Positions 36,727 to 49,481 of a DNA stretch of 64,000 bases are shown one piece after another. The position numbers were made by a program, and so were the translations under genes. Source of the DNA: Fistulifera solaris (taxonomy: Eukaryota); NCBI GenBank assembly GCA_030295235.1, contig AP026152.1:496001-560000 (forward strand). Direction: 5' to 3'. Numbering within the stretch: the first letter of the stretch is position 1; the number at the start of each line of letters is the position of its first letter. The notes beneath the pieces are model-generated. The model was not told the origin of the DNA and made no database searches. It worked only from the letters and a program-made list of their open reading frames with translations.

Positions 36727-37938
36727 TTAGTTTCTCCAGCCGCCGTCGCAGTAGCTGACGCAGACATATTCACATCCGTCTCCGGTTCCAAGCTTTCGAC
36801 CGTGGGAGTGTGTGGGGCAGATCTTCTCGTATTCGCAGCACTCCTCGGCACTGTCGCTGCTCTCGTTAGGACAATAGCAATCACAGCTGCACACAACATC
36901 GTCGGTAGGGCAGTGGTGTCCCTTGCCCTTTCCTTTGCCGCCCTTGCCTTTGCTTGACCCTTTACCGCCCTTGCCTTTGCTCGATCCTTTACCGCCCTTG
37001 CCCTTGCCTTTACTACTGTGTTCGCCGCCTGTGCAGCACTCGCAATCACAGTCGCAACCATCGCTGTCGGTGTAAGAGTGTGCGGGGAAGCAAATGTCCA
37101 CGGGGACGTAATCGTCCTCTTCCACAATGTCTGCCACAGGGGGTTTGACAGGTGGGGTCACAGGAGCAGTGGGAACAATCTCCTCATCGTCGCAGTAGTC
37201 GACACAGACGTAGTAGCACTCTTCGCCGCTCTTGGATCCGTTGTGCTCGCAAACCTCCTCGTATCCGCAGCACTCGATTTCAGGAACAGGCGGAGACACC
37301 GGAGGTCGGACGGGAGGAGAAACCGGAGGTCGGATAGGAGGAGAAACCGGAGGTCGGACGGGAGGAGAAACAGGGGGTCGCACCGGCGGCGAAACCGGAA
37401 CAGTTGGAATGATATCGGGGGTAGGAGGCGAGACCGGAGGAGAAACAGGAGGCGAGACCGGAGGACTGACCGGAGGAGACACCGGGGGACTGACCGGGGG
37501 GAGAAACAGGCGGCGAAACAGGAACAGGAACAGGCACCGGAGGTCTCACTGGAACGGTTGGGATAATGTCCGGAGTTGGTGCTGGTACAGGCGCAGGGAC
37601 TGGTACAGGGACCGGAACAGGCACCGGAACGGGCACGGGGACTGGAGCCGGTACAGGGACAGGAACAGGCACCGGGACGGGGACGATTTCGCATTCGCAA
37701 TCGCAGTTGAGCTCGTCACCAACCTCGGAACAGATGCAGCATTCGTCTTCGCAGGCAGAGCAATCCTCGAAACAAGCAGGATGAGGAGCGTCGGGGGTCG
37801 GTTTCGGGGGCATCGCTGGTAGCAGCAGTTGTTGAGAGCACTTAAGTCCCGAGTAAGTTTGCGGCGGCAGTCATCGGGCTGTGCGCTGACAGCGGACAAC
37901 AGGGATAGCAGCGACACTGACGCTGAAAGGAACTTCAT
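36727..37938 (-). CDS. Secreted Pro/Val-rich, Cys-rich protein with GKGK blocks, paralog 2
   Basis: [19 protein letters not shown] signal; same modules as paralog 1; ends [15 protein letters not shown]. Frameshifts ~37810 and ~37500 (G runs). Confidence 0.85.
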
Positions 37939-38317
37939 CGGGAAGGACACTCAGTAGCAGATGCTTTGTTGGGAATCTTCTGCGTTGTAGACGACGAGAA
38001 AGAGATGTTTGGGTGAGAATAGTTCTTTGAGAGTGATAACAAGCTCAGAATGAGCCAAGCTAGACCATATGCACTGATCATTGCTGGATGGCAATTCGAT
38101 CGATCAATCCAGAAGCTGTTTTAACGGAATTTGGGTTTCCCCTTTTCGCTTCGTTTGCCGTAGTTGTCAGTGCCAACACATGAACTGAGTGCAAGCGAAA
38201 ATTCCGAACGTTCCATCATCAAGTATATTGCCCGATGGCTTAGCTTCCTCTTCGAACGGCCGATGCGATGATGCAAAACAAAAACAAAAGCCAAGAACAT
38301 TCTGCAGTCTTTCAGGC

Positions 38318-38610
38318 ATTCATCATTCATTGTTTCATTTGTCGTACCTTACTTTTGTCGCGAATTGATGAAACAATTGCGAGGGAACGATTTATGATGA
38401 CGAGAAGAATTGCAAGCGCAGTGCTCCCTTCTTTGTTCCAAGCCACAAGCGCCAGCTCTGTTGCCAGTCCCGTGGGCTAATCAATTTGTACAAGACTGAC
38501 TTGTCTGGCGCTCTGAATATTATTTGACGATTGTTCTATTGTTTGTCGATCGCTAGACTACATGGTATCTTTTCAACCGGCGACCAAGAACAAAAATTTG
38601 TTCCCACCGG
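38318..38610. repeat. Second copy of the duplicated upstream block
   Basis: Colinear similarity with 35325-35660. Confidence 0.85.
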
Positions 38611-39364
38611 ATGCCTGTGCACGTTTTACGTATCGAGCATGATAATTATTTACGAAAAAAGTCTTACCGGTCTAAACTCTCATGCATGCTTTCCATAGTT
38701 GGAAACGTGAGCTACTTCCTCTGCAAGTAATTAATGTACTGTCTTCTTCCGAAAGTACTATGAAGAAAAATGAACAGCTAACGCATGGCTACTTTTTTTG
38801 TTGTTCAAATTTTCAAAACACGATCGAATGTTAAGAGCGGTTCGGGTGAAGGTCAGACGCATAGGGAAGTGGGAAGTGGATGGATGGACAGACATGTGCC
38901 GGCGTCGTGCTAATGCTATATGCTATAGCTTGCGGCTTGCACGATCTCCACGTCAGACATTAACAAAGGGAGGAAAAAATGAAAATGCTCAGTGTGTTTC
39001 CGCATAGGCCCCAGTCCATTCCCTCTGTACATTGTGCGGCAAGTCTACTTGCGCACGGCTTGGAATCATTCATCAGCGTCAACATTAGACCACGTGGAGA
39101 TCGTCATATCGCCAAGAGCATAGAGCCGACGAGCCGGTAACTTTATCACATAAAAACTAGGTCGGGCAATAGAAGCTCTTACTTAAACCTCAGCGCACTA
39201 GACTACTTGATGGTGTAGAACCTAACAACGTTGCAGCCTTCGCATATAGAACATTATACGAAGAAAGAAGACATGTTGCTTAAGAATTCTATGCAGCTAA
39301 AGAAAAAAGCAGATCAATGCACTCTCCATCCTTCTTCGATTCCAACACAAATTTAGCAATTTAT

Positions 39365-40173
39365 CTACTTCTTGTCACTTTTTCCAGACGCAAGAGCCTC
39401 CCGTTCAAGTCGTTTAACTTCTTCGCGTTCCGCTGTCGCTCTAGCACCATCTCGTTCCGCCTGCTGCTGCAACAGAAACCATTTCTTCTTTTGATTCAGC
39501 GAAGGTGCCTGATAAATTCGCAACTTGAAGTCGATTTCACGGAGAACGAGTCGAATGTGTGAATGTTTGTGCTCCATTCGTCCGGACCTTCCTCTCCCCA
39601 TTGTTTTGATACGCTTGAGGGGAGTTCCTTTGGTAGCAAAACACTCTGCCACTTCCAACTGACTCGGTTGCAAGCCGTCCTGGAGATCGGCCCGATTCGC
39701 CGTGCGCTTCAAAGCTTTTTGCACAATGGGAGCTTTGGCTTTTGGCAGAATTCCAGCTGCGTCAACGCCTCGGGCAATGGCAGACCCGATACCAATTGAC
39801 AGATGCGATTCAATTTCCAAGGCGAGTGTCGAATATTCTTTTCCTGTCCAACGTAAGTCCGCATGCGACTGAGACGACGTTTGACAATATGCGGCTTGAG
39901 TTTGGGATGTTTTTGCATGTCAAAAGCGGCGAAACGACGGCCGTCTTCGGTATGAATGATTTGGGGAGCAATGAGTGTCGGCGCTGCCTGAATTTCGGAA
40001 GCTGCTACCGTACTTTGCGATCGTGTTAAGAGTATATTGTTAAGATTTTTCATCACTAAAGACAAGGATGAATATAGTGACGTTGATGATGAGCCAAATC
40101 GACTTAAGCTTGTGGAGAGTTGCGAAGAAGAACTGATCGAAAGAGCCGATCTCTTTGTGACGATGCCGCGCAC
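39365..40173 (-). CDS. MRPL22: Mitochondrial ribosomal protein uL22
   Basis: IRHSPWKLNRICQLVSGLPLPEALTQLEF, KRIKTMGRGRSGRMEHKHSHIRLVLRE; Ser/Arg-rich presequence. Frameshift ~39718. Confidence 0.88.
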
Positions 40174-40520
40174 TGCGGACGCTTCATTTTTAGCGTCAAA
40201 CCGGCCAGTTTACGACACAATGAACCCGTTAGCAAAGAAGACATCGCGAATTGTTAAGTTGATACGAAGTTCTTTCTAAAAAGATGTACGGAATAGATGT
40301 TTTGCTGACATCGGCATGGTTTATTGCTTTGTGAGGTCGCTGTTTGTTTTCGTGCAAGTCGAAATATCGACGGCCTTTTTCAACCGGCCGGATGGATGAC
40401 AGACGTATACAGTACTATTACTAACTACGCTACGTATAAGTCGCGCTGTTTGCTGTTTTGTGTTTTGTGTTGTCTTTCATCTTATTTTACATTTTTTACC
40501 ATGTTCGATTTCATAGATCG

Positions 40521-41681
40521 ATGTATGCGTTTATTTATTTTATTTTACTTGAGTTAACAGTACTTTCCAAGGCATGGGTCCCAGACAAAGTCTCGATTCT
40601 TCCCGGCACCAAGCGGTTGTCGCTCACAGTCGACGCAAATACCGATGATTGCTGGACCTTCAACGAAACATGGCCACAGAAACAAATGCGACGGTTGTGG
40701 GAGAAGGAGCCGCACAGCCTACTTACTTTACATGTGCGGCGCATGATAAGCGGTCAAGAGTCTGTTCTGAATACGACAGCAATCACCGATAGTGTATTTT
40801 CATTACCCTTTCAATCGACATTCGATCCTACCTTTCAGGCGTTCTATGAAGGTCGTTTTCCCATCCAAAACAACCAAACAAACGCATCAATTCCCTCAAA
40901 AAGCGAAAGAAAATATCCTACCGACTGGATTTTTGCTTATGATGGCACGCAATTCGCTGGATGGCAGAGACAAGCCGATGCCAAGCTGGTAACAGTACAG
41001 GAGTGCATCGAGCAGTACTTTTGTCGATTGACGGGAGAAGAAACAGTGGATGTACGGGTCGCTGGGAGGACCGATGCGGGTGTCCATGCCGTGGGTCAGG
41101 TGGGCCGTATTCGCTTAAGCCAACCCTTGATGCATCGACAAATTTGGATGAAAGATCTGTGTGTTTGGTCCATCACCGAGGTTCCGTCGAATTTCCATCC
41201 CTCGTTCGGTTCGAAAAGTAGATCTTACGTTTATATGATTGATGCGGCGGCTCTGGATAACCTTTTATTACAAGAATTGTCAGAAAAGGGTATCTCGGAT
41301 TCAATCAAGCAAGATAATCTGTTACATCTTGTCGAGCGAATGAATGACTTGCTGGAAACATTTGTGGGTCAGGAGCTAGACTACTTTGCTTTTAGTTACG
41401 GTCGCGTCAAGACGGAAACAACACTCTGTTGCCTTTCGCAGGCTTGCGCTCGACTTGTGCAAAATGGCGACGCAGGACATCGTGCGATTGTCATCGAACT
41501 GACGGGAAACCGATTCCTTCGGAGGATGGTTCGAATTCTTGTTGCCACTGTTTTACAGTCTGCTTTGTTTCCCGACTCTTCGGATGGAACGCTGCTGGAT
41601 CTTGTAGAGTTGCGCGATCGATCCAAAACGGCACCTCCCGCACCCGCAGCGGGCCTTGTTTTTGTTAGTGCTGATTGCTAG
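40521..41681 (+). CDS. tRNA pseudouridine synthase, TruA family, probably plastid-targeted
   Basis: AYDGTQFAGWQRQ, AGRTDAGVHA, RSYVY, GNRFLRRMVR, APAAGL. Presequence SKA-WVP. Confidence 0.92.
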   Translation: MYAFIYFILLELTVLSKAWVPDKVSILPGTKRLSLTVDANTDDCWTFNETWPQKQMRRLWEKEPHSLLTLHVRRMISGQESVLNTTAITDSVFSLPFQSTFDPTFQAFYEGRFPIQNNQTNASIPSKSERKYPTDWIFAYDGTQFAGWQRQADAKLVTVQECIEQYFCRLTGEETVDVRVAGRTDAGVHAVGQVGRIRLSQPLMHRQIWMKDLCVWSITEVPSNFHPSFGSKSRSYVYMIDAAALDNLLLQELSEKGISDSIKQDNLLHLVERMNDLLETFVGQELDYFAFSYGRVKTETTLCCLSQACARLVQNGDAGHRAIVIELTGNRFLRRMVRILVATVLQSALFPDSSDGTLLDLVELRDRSKTAPPAPAAGLVFVSADC

Positions 41682-42696
41682 CTTCTTGCCGAGATGCACA
41701 CGTAAACCTAGATCCTCGTCAATATTTTTTATTAAATTAGTGTTTCATCGGAAAAGCTAGAGATGCTAGAGACTTGAGATACTTTTACAAGTATACGGAG
41801 TAGTTTGCAAACCCGCATTCCGTACGGCGTTCGGCGTTGTTCATGGGGGTGCGGGACTGAAGAACGGTTTTGGACGGAGTCTCTCACAAAATAATGTACA
41901 TGACGAGCCATTCGTGCAGCAACCCCCTTTCCAAGCATCGGATACCTCGCGACCAGTCCTCTTCCTTCCTCGCCATCTCACGAATTTTTGATCATTCACC
42001 ATATTATCTTGTGATTTAGGTGAGTTTTGATAAGAGGTTGATTTGCATTCGCAATGGTTGGATTGCGACCGCTAAAGACTATAACCGTTCCATTTTCAAA
42101 TCAGTCGTGAATCACTCGTGACTTCGTCACTTTCCGTTGGCATTATTCATTCTTGTCCGTTCGTCCGCGAGACTACTGTTTAGACTACAGTCGAATGGTG
42201 ACACCACTCGTGTCAGTGATTTGACGCCGATTGATACGTCAGCACTCGATAACGCTGACAGGACAGACGGTTCTTCGTTTTTCACGCGGAATATTTGCCG
42301 AAGGTTCTTTCTTCGAATTCTCATCGATTTCCGAAGAGCAGTTTTTTGGTGGTTTTGTTCTCTTCCCGTTGATAGCTGATAGCAATTCAAAAACATTCGG
42401 GTCATCCATCGATTATCAAAGACCAAAGTCAACGCTTGATCACAAAATTACAAACACACTTTATAAGTTGACTCAACAATGACACAACATCATACAAGGT
42501 GCGGTTGCTTTCAACGAAACTGCAAGCAGTTTGAGATTCGTAGATTCTATAGAAGCGCGTGCTTCGCGTGTGTTTCGCGTGTATCATTGGTCGTTCGGTT
42601 TTTCTTTTCTTTCTTTCTACTTCTGTGACTGAGTTCTTACCGCTCTTTTGTTTCGTTTCAATATTGATTCATTGCATTCATAGATTAAAAGCAACC

Positions 42697-44593
42697 ATGA
42701 AGACGAATAACACTCGAAAACGAACCGCACTCTTGATGACATTTATGTTGACACGTTTGGAACCGGCACAATGCTTTCATGCCACGAATACCGCCACGAG
42801 ACCCTCCCGCACCACGGCGTCCTATTTTCGCGAATCCGACGAGTCGGAGAGCGCGGCTGTTTCGTATTTTGCCTTTCTGGCCGACACATTGACACCGCAA
42901 CAACTCCCGGCCTGGCTTGCGATTCCGCAGAGTCACCTCGCGGAAGCGAACATGAAAAGCACTGCAATCGGAAATGAGAGAATCGTCCTATTTTACCGAA
43001 ACGGAATCCCGAAAATTGATGCTGGCGATTGAAGACGCGGCGGCCGGAGATCGCAGTAAAGTGGCGGGGGCGGCGGAGTTTTGTTTGTTGCTGCAAGAAA
43101 CGGTAGAAATTGGTTTCAATGCGTTGGTGGCGGCGTGTTATCACTACTGTTCGTGTGTGACCGCACGAAAACGTGTCAGTGGCTGGTATTTGGATGATTC
43201 GCATGAGCATTTGCATTCGTACGGTGCGCATGTTATGAAGATTTCGGAAGATACGGACCGCTTGAAGCGTTTGGAGATGGTGGCTGCCACCGTGACATCG
43301 TCCGAGCCAGCGGATCGCGTTCGGCCGGATTCGAAAGATGCGGAGAATTTAAGGAAGCTATTGTTATCGGAAACACATGATTGGAGAGCACTAGCCATCC
43401 GATCGGGTGCTTGCTTGTATCGCCTTCGGGGCATCTTAAAGTCTTCCGTGGAAGGAGAACGCCGGACACGAGAAGCGGCACGTACCGCACGAGAAGCACT
43501 CAGTATTTATGCGCCGTTGTCGAGTCGCCTGGGTCTACACAAGCTGAAAAACGAGTTGGAAGGAGATGCCTTTCGGATCCTTTATCCGCGTCAGTTCGCG
43601 GCTGTCAACTCCTTGGCGCACGAAACCATTGGTGGTGATAATGATGTCGGGCAAAACATGAAGCAGCTTCTGGCGGAAGTGCAACAAGAAATGACGACTA
43701 TGCTGGAGAATGACGAAGAATTCAGCAAACTGGTGGAGAACTTTAGTGTCACTGCTCGAGTCAAGGAGCCCTTTTCCATGTGGAAGAAGATGTTGCGCGA
43801 CGGATACAAGCATGTGTTGCAAGTTCCGGATGCTTTGGCGTTACGAATTATTGTTGATGCTAAGAAGCTAACGCCAGATGAACCAGCTGAGGTAACGCGA
43901 GCTCGGGATCGGGCGCTGTGTTACTATGCGGAACGTCTTTGCGCAGCACGCTGGAAGCCCGCACCTGATAACCCAAGATTCAAGGACTACATCAAGTCTC
44001 CCAAGCGTAATGGATACCAGAGCTTGCATTACACAGCTCACACTGAGTTCCGCGGTCAAATGTGGAGCTTGGAGATTCAAGTGCGCTCAGGTGAAATGCA
44101 CAAGGTGGCCGAGTTTGGTCTCGCGAGTCATTGGGACTATAAGATTGCAAAAGGTCCGGAAAGCAGCTCCGACGTCTCTGTCGAGATAACGGGAAATTAC
44201 TTCAAGAATGTCAAGCAATGGCATTGGGAGCAGCATGGTGGCTCTGTCAAAGTCGATGCCAGTCCAGCATCCTCCGTGCCCGTAACCATGTCAGATATCT
44301 GGCAGAGCCGTCGTCGTGTCGATAGAATACGAGAGCGAACAGCCAAGTTAGAGCCCTATTTGCAAGCAATGACTGCAGCTCAAGAGAACTTGGCTCGCGA
44401 GCAAGTCTTTGTGTTCTTTGGTTCGAAACTGATGGCTCTGCCGGCTGGTTCTTGTGTGCTAGATGCAGTCCGTAGTGTCAACCCTGCTCGTGTACAAGAA
44501 GACGACTTGGTGTTGAACGGATCTTCAACTTCTCTGACGCATTTGCTGAGCAATGGTGATGTCCTGTCTGTTGTGCAAGAGGCTCGAGTGTAA
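42697..44593 (+). CDS. RelA/SpoT homologue ((p)ppGpp synthetase) with TGS domain
   Basis: IYAPLSSRLG, ARVKEPFSMWKKM, KDYIKSPKRNGYQSLH, EIQVRSGEMHKVAEFGLASHWDYK, LSNGDVL. Presequence AQC-FHA; frameshift ~42960. Confidence 0.92.
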
Positions 44594-44714
44594 TTTGGAA
44601 AGTGTACAGAAACAATTGTTTGAATTGAGAAAAACAGCCGTATTACTAGATCACATTTTTGTTTCCAAAAGAAGTCTCTAGCGTATCTACATTTTATTAG
44701 GACTGTATTGTGTG

Positions 44715-46152
44715 TTATCGATTCTTTCGAACGAACATGTGATATCGTTTTCGAAACAATTTATCATCCTCAAAGATGAGCGATTTTGCATCGAGATTGT
44801 ACCCTTTGTTTCGTGCTGCTTGCGTCCAAAAATCTTTCGATACACCGCCCCAATCAAACGTGGCTTCACAAAACCTGAACAAGAAAAGTGAGATCAGCGC
44901 ATTGTAGTTGTCAAGTATATATGTGCTCTCGAGAACCAACTTACGGATAGGATACGTGCTCGACAATAATGGGTGCACCCTTTTTCGCCACTCGAACCAT
45001 TTCGGCAAACCATTGTGCAAACCATCGATCTTGTCGATGCTGCGCATCTCGTTTTTGCTTCATTGCTTCTTCATCGCCATTTTCGGCCTTCTTACACAAG
45101 GTTAGGTACGCATTTAGTGGGTCACCGGAGGGATGCCATTCCAAGGGATCCGATAGGGGAGGAATGTAAGCCGTAAAGACCAAATCAAACGACTCGGAGG
45201 GTACAAAGGCTAGTTGCGTCGAGTCTGCCTGACAGATGGTACCCAATTTTCCTCCTGTCGGTAAGTATTTTTGTTTCCCGAGAGCGGTGGCGACTTGTAC
45301 CGATCCTGACGAACGATCGTTGCCGTACACGGTGATGTTATGAATTTGTTTCACTTCTTTCATTATATCCAAGACCATGTGCAAATGCAGTCCGTCTCCG
45401 AGTGCACTTTCGTAAATCAGACTATTATCCGCCAAATAAGGGGCATACCGTTGGGCAATCCAGTCGTGCATTCCCTTTTTGACTTCGGCATACGAATGCC
45501 CCCAATCATCCAATTCCATGTGTCGAAATGTTTTCATGAATTTTGTCAGGTTGGATATTATTTGCGAGCTGTGATCGGGGAACATGGAATGGGTCGGTGG
45601 TTGTTGGTCTGCGTCGAACGTACAGGGGCAGGCATATTTCAAGGAATCGTCGTCGGTATTGATGAGAATGGGACTGTCTCCGGTTTGAAAACAGGAATTT
45701 GGGTCAATCGATGCGTTCGGTGTGTCGTTTGTAGGTTTCTTTCCCTGATTATTGTTGTTAGGAACTGGCTTTTTGTTGTCATCTGGAATGACTGGCACCT
45801 TATCATCGTCACTGTTGTCGTCATCGTCATTATCATTCTTGTCGTCGTCGTCATTCGCGGGAAGCTTTTCGCCTTCGGAACCTCCTGGAGTAATTTTTCG
45901 ATTCCATTTAAAGGCAAATAAAGCCAGTATTACCACAAGAAGTAAACACAGGCGTCGTCGCCATTGTTTGCGAGGACCCGGGTTGTTTCGTGACCGTGCT
46001 ATTGGCGCCGTGGGACGCAATAAACCCGCTTGTTCGACGCCATCTTCGTAGTCACTCAATTCCTCATCGTCGTGTTCCTCTTCGATTTCTAAATAAAAGG
46101 GATTCACGTGCCCATTCGTGCTGCTGTTGTTGTTGTTGTGCTTGTTCGTCAT
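44715..46152 (-). CDS. Type II membrane SAM-dependent methyltransferase-like protein
   Basis: N-terminal TM, Asp-rich stalk, YESALGDG, CQADS, SFDLVF, EMVRVAKKG. Intron ~44875-44944 joins YP|FCEATFDWGGV. Confidence 0.7.
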
Positions 46153-46556
46153 ATTGTGTATGAAATAGTAAGTCGGGAGAGGAATACAAGAACAACAATA
46201 ACAGCAACAACTCCTCAAGGCGGAATAAAGAGAAAAAGGCGCAAAAACGATTTCGTCGTTCATCGATCGATCCGTTGGACGCGTGTGGACGGACGCACGT
46301 GTGGCGGCAGATTCATTCCACTCTTTATGAGAAAAGAGTAGGCGGAGATTCATGAGTACCGTATCTTAAGTACAAAACGCCAATAAAAGCCGGACGCACA
46401 AGGCGGTTGATTATGATGTAAAATACCAGGTAAATGTACAGCGGTTCCACGAGGATCGCTGCTGAAGGCTATTATTATTTCATTGCAACAACGACAACTG
46501 TAGCCCAAGATGATTTAGCTAGAGCTAACGAAATTGTAGACTAGGCAGCTTTGTCG

Positions 46557-47090
46557 CTGGAAAGAATATTGATTCATGACTGAAATGCAGTCGTGGTCTC
46601 CGTAAACCAACACTTTGGGTCCATAGTAAAATAAGGCAGACAACGTTTCGCAAGGCTCTGCGACGCTAATATAATGACGTATGATGCTAACACTGTTGAA
46701 GACTGTTTCATTGCGTCAATGACAAATAAAGCTCAAGAAACTGTTCGATCGAAGGACTTGTACGTAACTTCCGTCGATGGAAAGAATATTGATTCATGAC
46801 TGAAATGCAGTCGTGGTCTCCGTAAACCAACACTTTGGGTCCATAGTAAAATAAGGCAGACAACGTTTCGCAAGGCTCTGCGACGCTAATATAATGACGT
46901 ATGATGCTAACACTGTTGAAGACTGTTTCATTGCGTCAATGACAAATAAAGCTCAAGAAACTGTGAGATCGAAGGACTTGTACGTAACTTCCGTCGATGG
47001 AAAGAATATTGATTCAAGACTGAAATGCAGTCGTGGTCTCCGTAAACCAACACTTTGGGTCAATAGTAAAATAAGGCAGACAACGTTTCG
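46557..47090. repeat. Tandem repeat, 220-bp unit, ~2.4 near-identical copies
   Basis: AAAGAATATTGATTCA at 46561, 46781 and 47001. Confidence 0.97.
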
Positions 47091-47188
47091 GTTTTTTGTT
47101 TGCACGCACTTAATTTCTTCCCTTAAGCCTTAGTACAAATGGCATTTGTACTAATATTTCTTCCTTCAACCACATTCCTACTTCCACC

Positions 47189-48139
47189 ATGTCGCCTTCT
47201 GTTATTACACTGACATCCTTGATGAAAGCCGATCACACGGCCGTCGTGACGGGCGCCTCGTCGGGCATCGGTCGGGCCGCGTGTCTCCGGTTCGCGCAAG
47301 CGGGGATGCACGTGTGGATGATTGACAATGATGCCGAAGAATTATTGTTGGCGCAAAGTTTGGTAAAACGTCATGCAGCCAATGAAACACAAATCATTTT
47401 GGCGGAAGTCATTGATGTTGCGGATGCAACCGCCATGCAGCAATTGGCGGAACAAGTCTTTGCGGCCGGACACGGGTGTCATGTTTTATTCAACAATGCC
47501 GGCATCGGGCTCGGTGGGGGTGCTTTGACCGAAATCGAACAAGTTCATCGTACGATGAATGTCAATACGTACGGTCCGATTCACGGATGTCTGGCGTTTG
47601 TTCCGAGAATGCAAGCATCGGGACAACCGGGCCTCGTCATTAATACTGGATCCAAGCAGGGAATTACCATGCCGCCCGGCAATTTGACCTATAATATGAG
47701 CAAGGCCGCACTCAAATGTGATACCGAAGGGCTCGAACACGAATTCATGAAAACACGCTATGAACAAGGTGGAAAATTGCGAGCTGCTTTGTTGATTCCG
47801 GGATGGGTCAATACGAGTATTTTGCTCAAGGCGGAACGAGCGAAAGCACACGCCAAGGGCGAATCGTACGATCCGGCGCAAGCCTTCTTTCATGAAACCA
47901 AACCACAAGCGGGAGCGTGGATGCCGTCTCAAGTCATTGATTTTCTACAACAAGAATTGGAAGAAGACAAGTTTTATATTGTGTGTCCCGACAATGATGT
48001 CGATCGAGAAACCGACAATCTGCGCATGATTTGGACCATGAATGATATTGTGCAAGATAGACCGCCCTTGTCGCGATGGCATCCGGATTATAAAGACAAG
48101 TTTGATGCGTTTGTTCAGGAACAGAAGCAAAAGAAATAG
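47189..48139 (+). CDS. Short-chain dehydrogenase/reductase
   Basis: TGASSGIG, NNAG, S...YNMSK, PGWVNT. Confidence 0.92.
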   Translation: MSPSVITLTSLMKADHTAVVTGASSGIGRAACLRFAQAGMHVWMIDNDAEELLLAQSLVKRHAANETQIILAEVIDVADATAMQQLAEQVFAAGHGCHVLFNNAGIGLGGGALTEIEQVHRTMNVNTYGPIHGCLAFVPRMQASGQPGLVINTGSKQGITMPPGNLTYNMSKAALKCDTEGLEHEFMKTRYEQGGKLRAALLIPGWVNTSILLKAERAKAHAKGESYDPAQAFFHETKPQAGAWMPSQVIDFLQQELEEDKFYIVCPDNDVDRETDNLRMIWTMNDIVQDRPPLSRWHPDYKDKFDAFVQEQKQKK

Positions 48140-48358
48140 AAAGTTGGAATAAGGGAAGTAAATGAAAACAGAATCACGCAACTACGTAGACATTAGACAG
48201 CCTTCACATAGTTGTAGGAGATTAGAATGACTTTTTTAAAAAAAAAAGTGTCGTCAGCCCTGTTATATTTATTGCCCGAGGCCATTGCTAATTCTCTTAG
48301 TTGATTAAAGACGCTTCGCAAGACAAAAAAAGTCATACGCACAAGAATGTTTCTCGCA

Positions 48359-49481
48359 TTAAGCATGCCATTGCAGGGCTTCTTCATGTCGAAAACAATC
48401 GGGACAGCATCTCATGTCACTTTGTGCTCCGCAATCTCTGCAGGAGGCAGCATGCATACAAGAGGGATAGGAACACTGCGTTCGACAAAGGATACCACCC
48501 GCACAGTCGATGCGTGTCTTTCCCAAACAATCCACTCGAGATGCCACCACCCCGCGACAGAGTCCAGCGGGTGCAAAAATACCGAATCCACGACAGTTTG
48601 TACAATGAATTGCCAGAGCGTGTTTGAAATCTTCATGCTGAATTGACTCCTCGTCACTGTCATCACCTACCGGTGGTGCTGTCTGGCCCGGAATGATCAA
48701 ATCGGGGACCAAGGGCGGAAAGCGAGGTGGATGGTGGGTACGAGCACGCTTGCGTTGTGGTTCCAAGGAAGGAGTAAAAGTCAGCATGTTTTTCAAAGCT
48801 CCTTGTGCGGCTTCTTCCGGCACGGGATACGACATTTCCGTCAACAACAGTGTCCTCCGTTCTGTCACACGACACAGCGGACAAATCAAATCACGGGGTA
48901 GATTGGGAACGCACTTGACAAAATACTCGTCCAACACGAGTATTTCCCGAGAACTTGACGGCAATTTGTAACACGGAATCCAGTTTGCTTTCTTTTTGTG
49001 TCGGCCGCGGTTTGCGGGGAATCTTGAAACGGCAGGTCTCACAATTCTGCTTGCCTCGCCCACAGGGAACGTGTCGCACATCATCGATCGAAAGGATGTG
49101 ACGGCCAAATTTTCCCGAAAATACAACAGCTACCTCTTTCGGGATACTTTTACAAACTCGAAGACATCTCAACAATGAGTCCAGAGGAGATTGTGCGTTG
49201 CTAGAGACAAAGTAATTCAAGAAGACATCAGGGTCGTCATGACAGGCATCCATCCAATTTCGATCCACATTTCCAGGAATGAAGAACAAGTTACGATCCC
49301 GGAACTCTCTATGTAGCCATAAACTACAGTCCGAGGGAAGTAATTCTTCGTGTATTCGTGAAGCGACGCCCGTGCTGACTAGTCGACACGAGAGCATTTC
49401 TGGTAATTGAAGAAACGCGACGACACGTCCCCACGGAAGGGACTCCGTGTCGAGCGAAGGTGGTCGTTGAACGGGATCCAT
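48359..49481 (-). CDS. Hypothetical protein with F-box-like N-terminus and Cys-rich C-terminus
   Basis: SLPWGRVVAFLQLPEMLSCRLVS; several CxxC pairs. Two ORFs joined by a frameshift ~48995. Confidence 0.55.

Noticed and set aside
33309..37822. Long Gly/Thr-rich and Arg-rich + strand ORFs
   Set aside because: Antisense shadows of the Pro-rich genes on the - strand.
41732..42482. Possible small - strand gene between TruA and RSH
   Set aside because: Short ORFs with no recognisable motif or convincing splice model.
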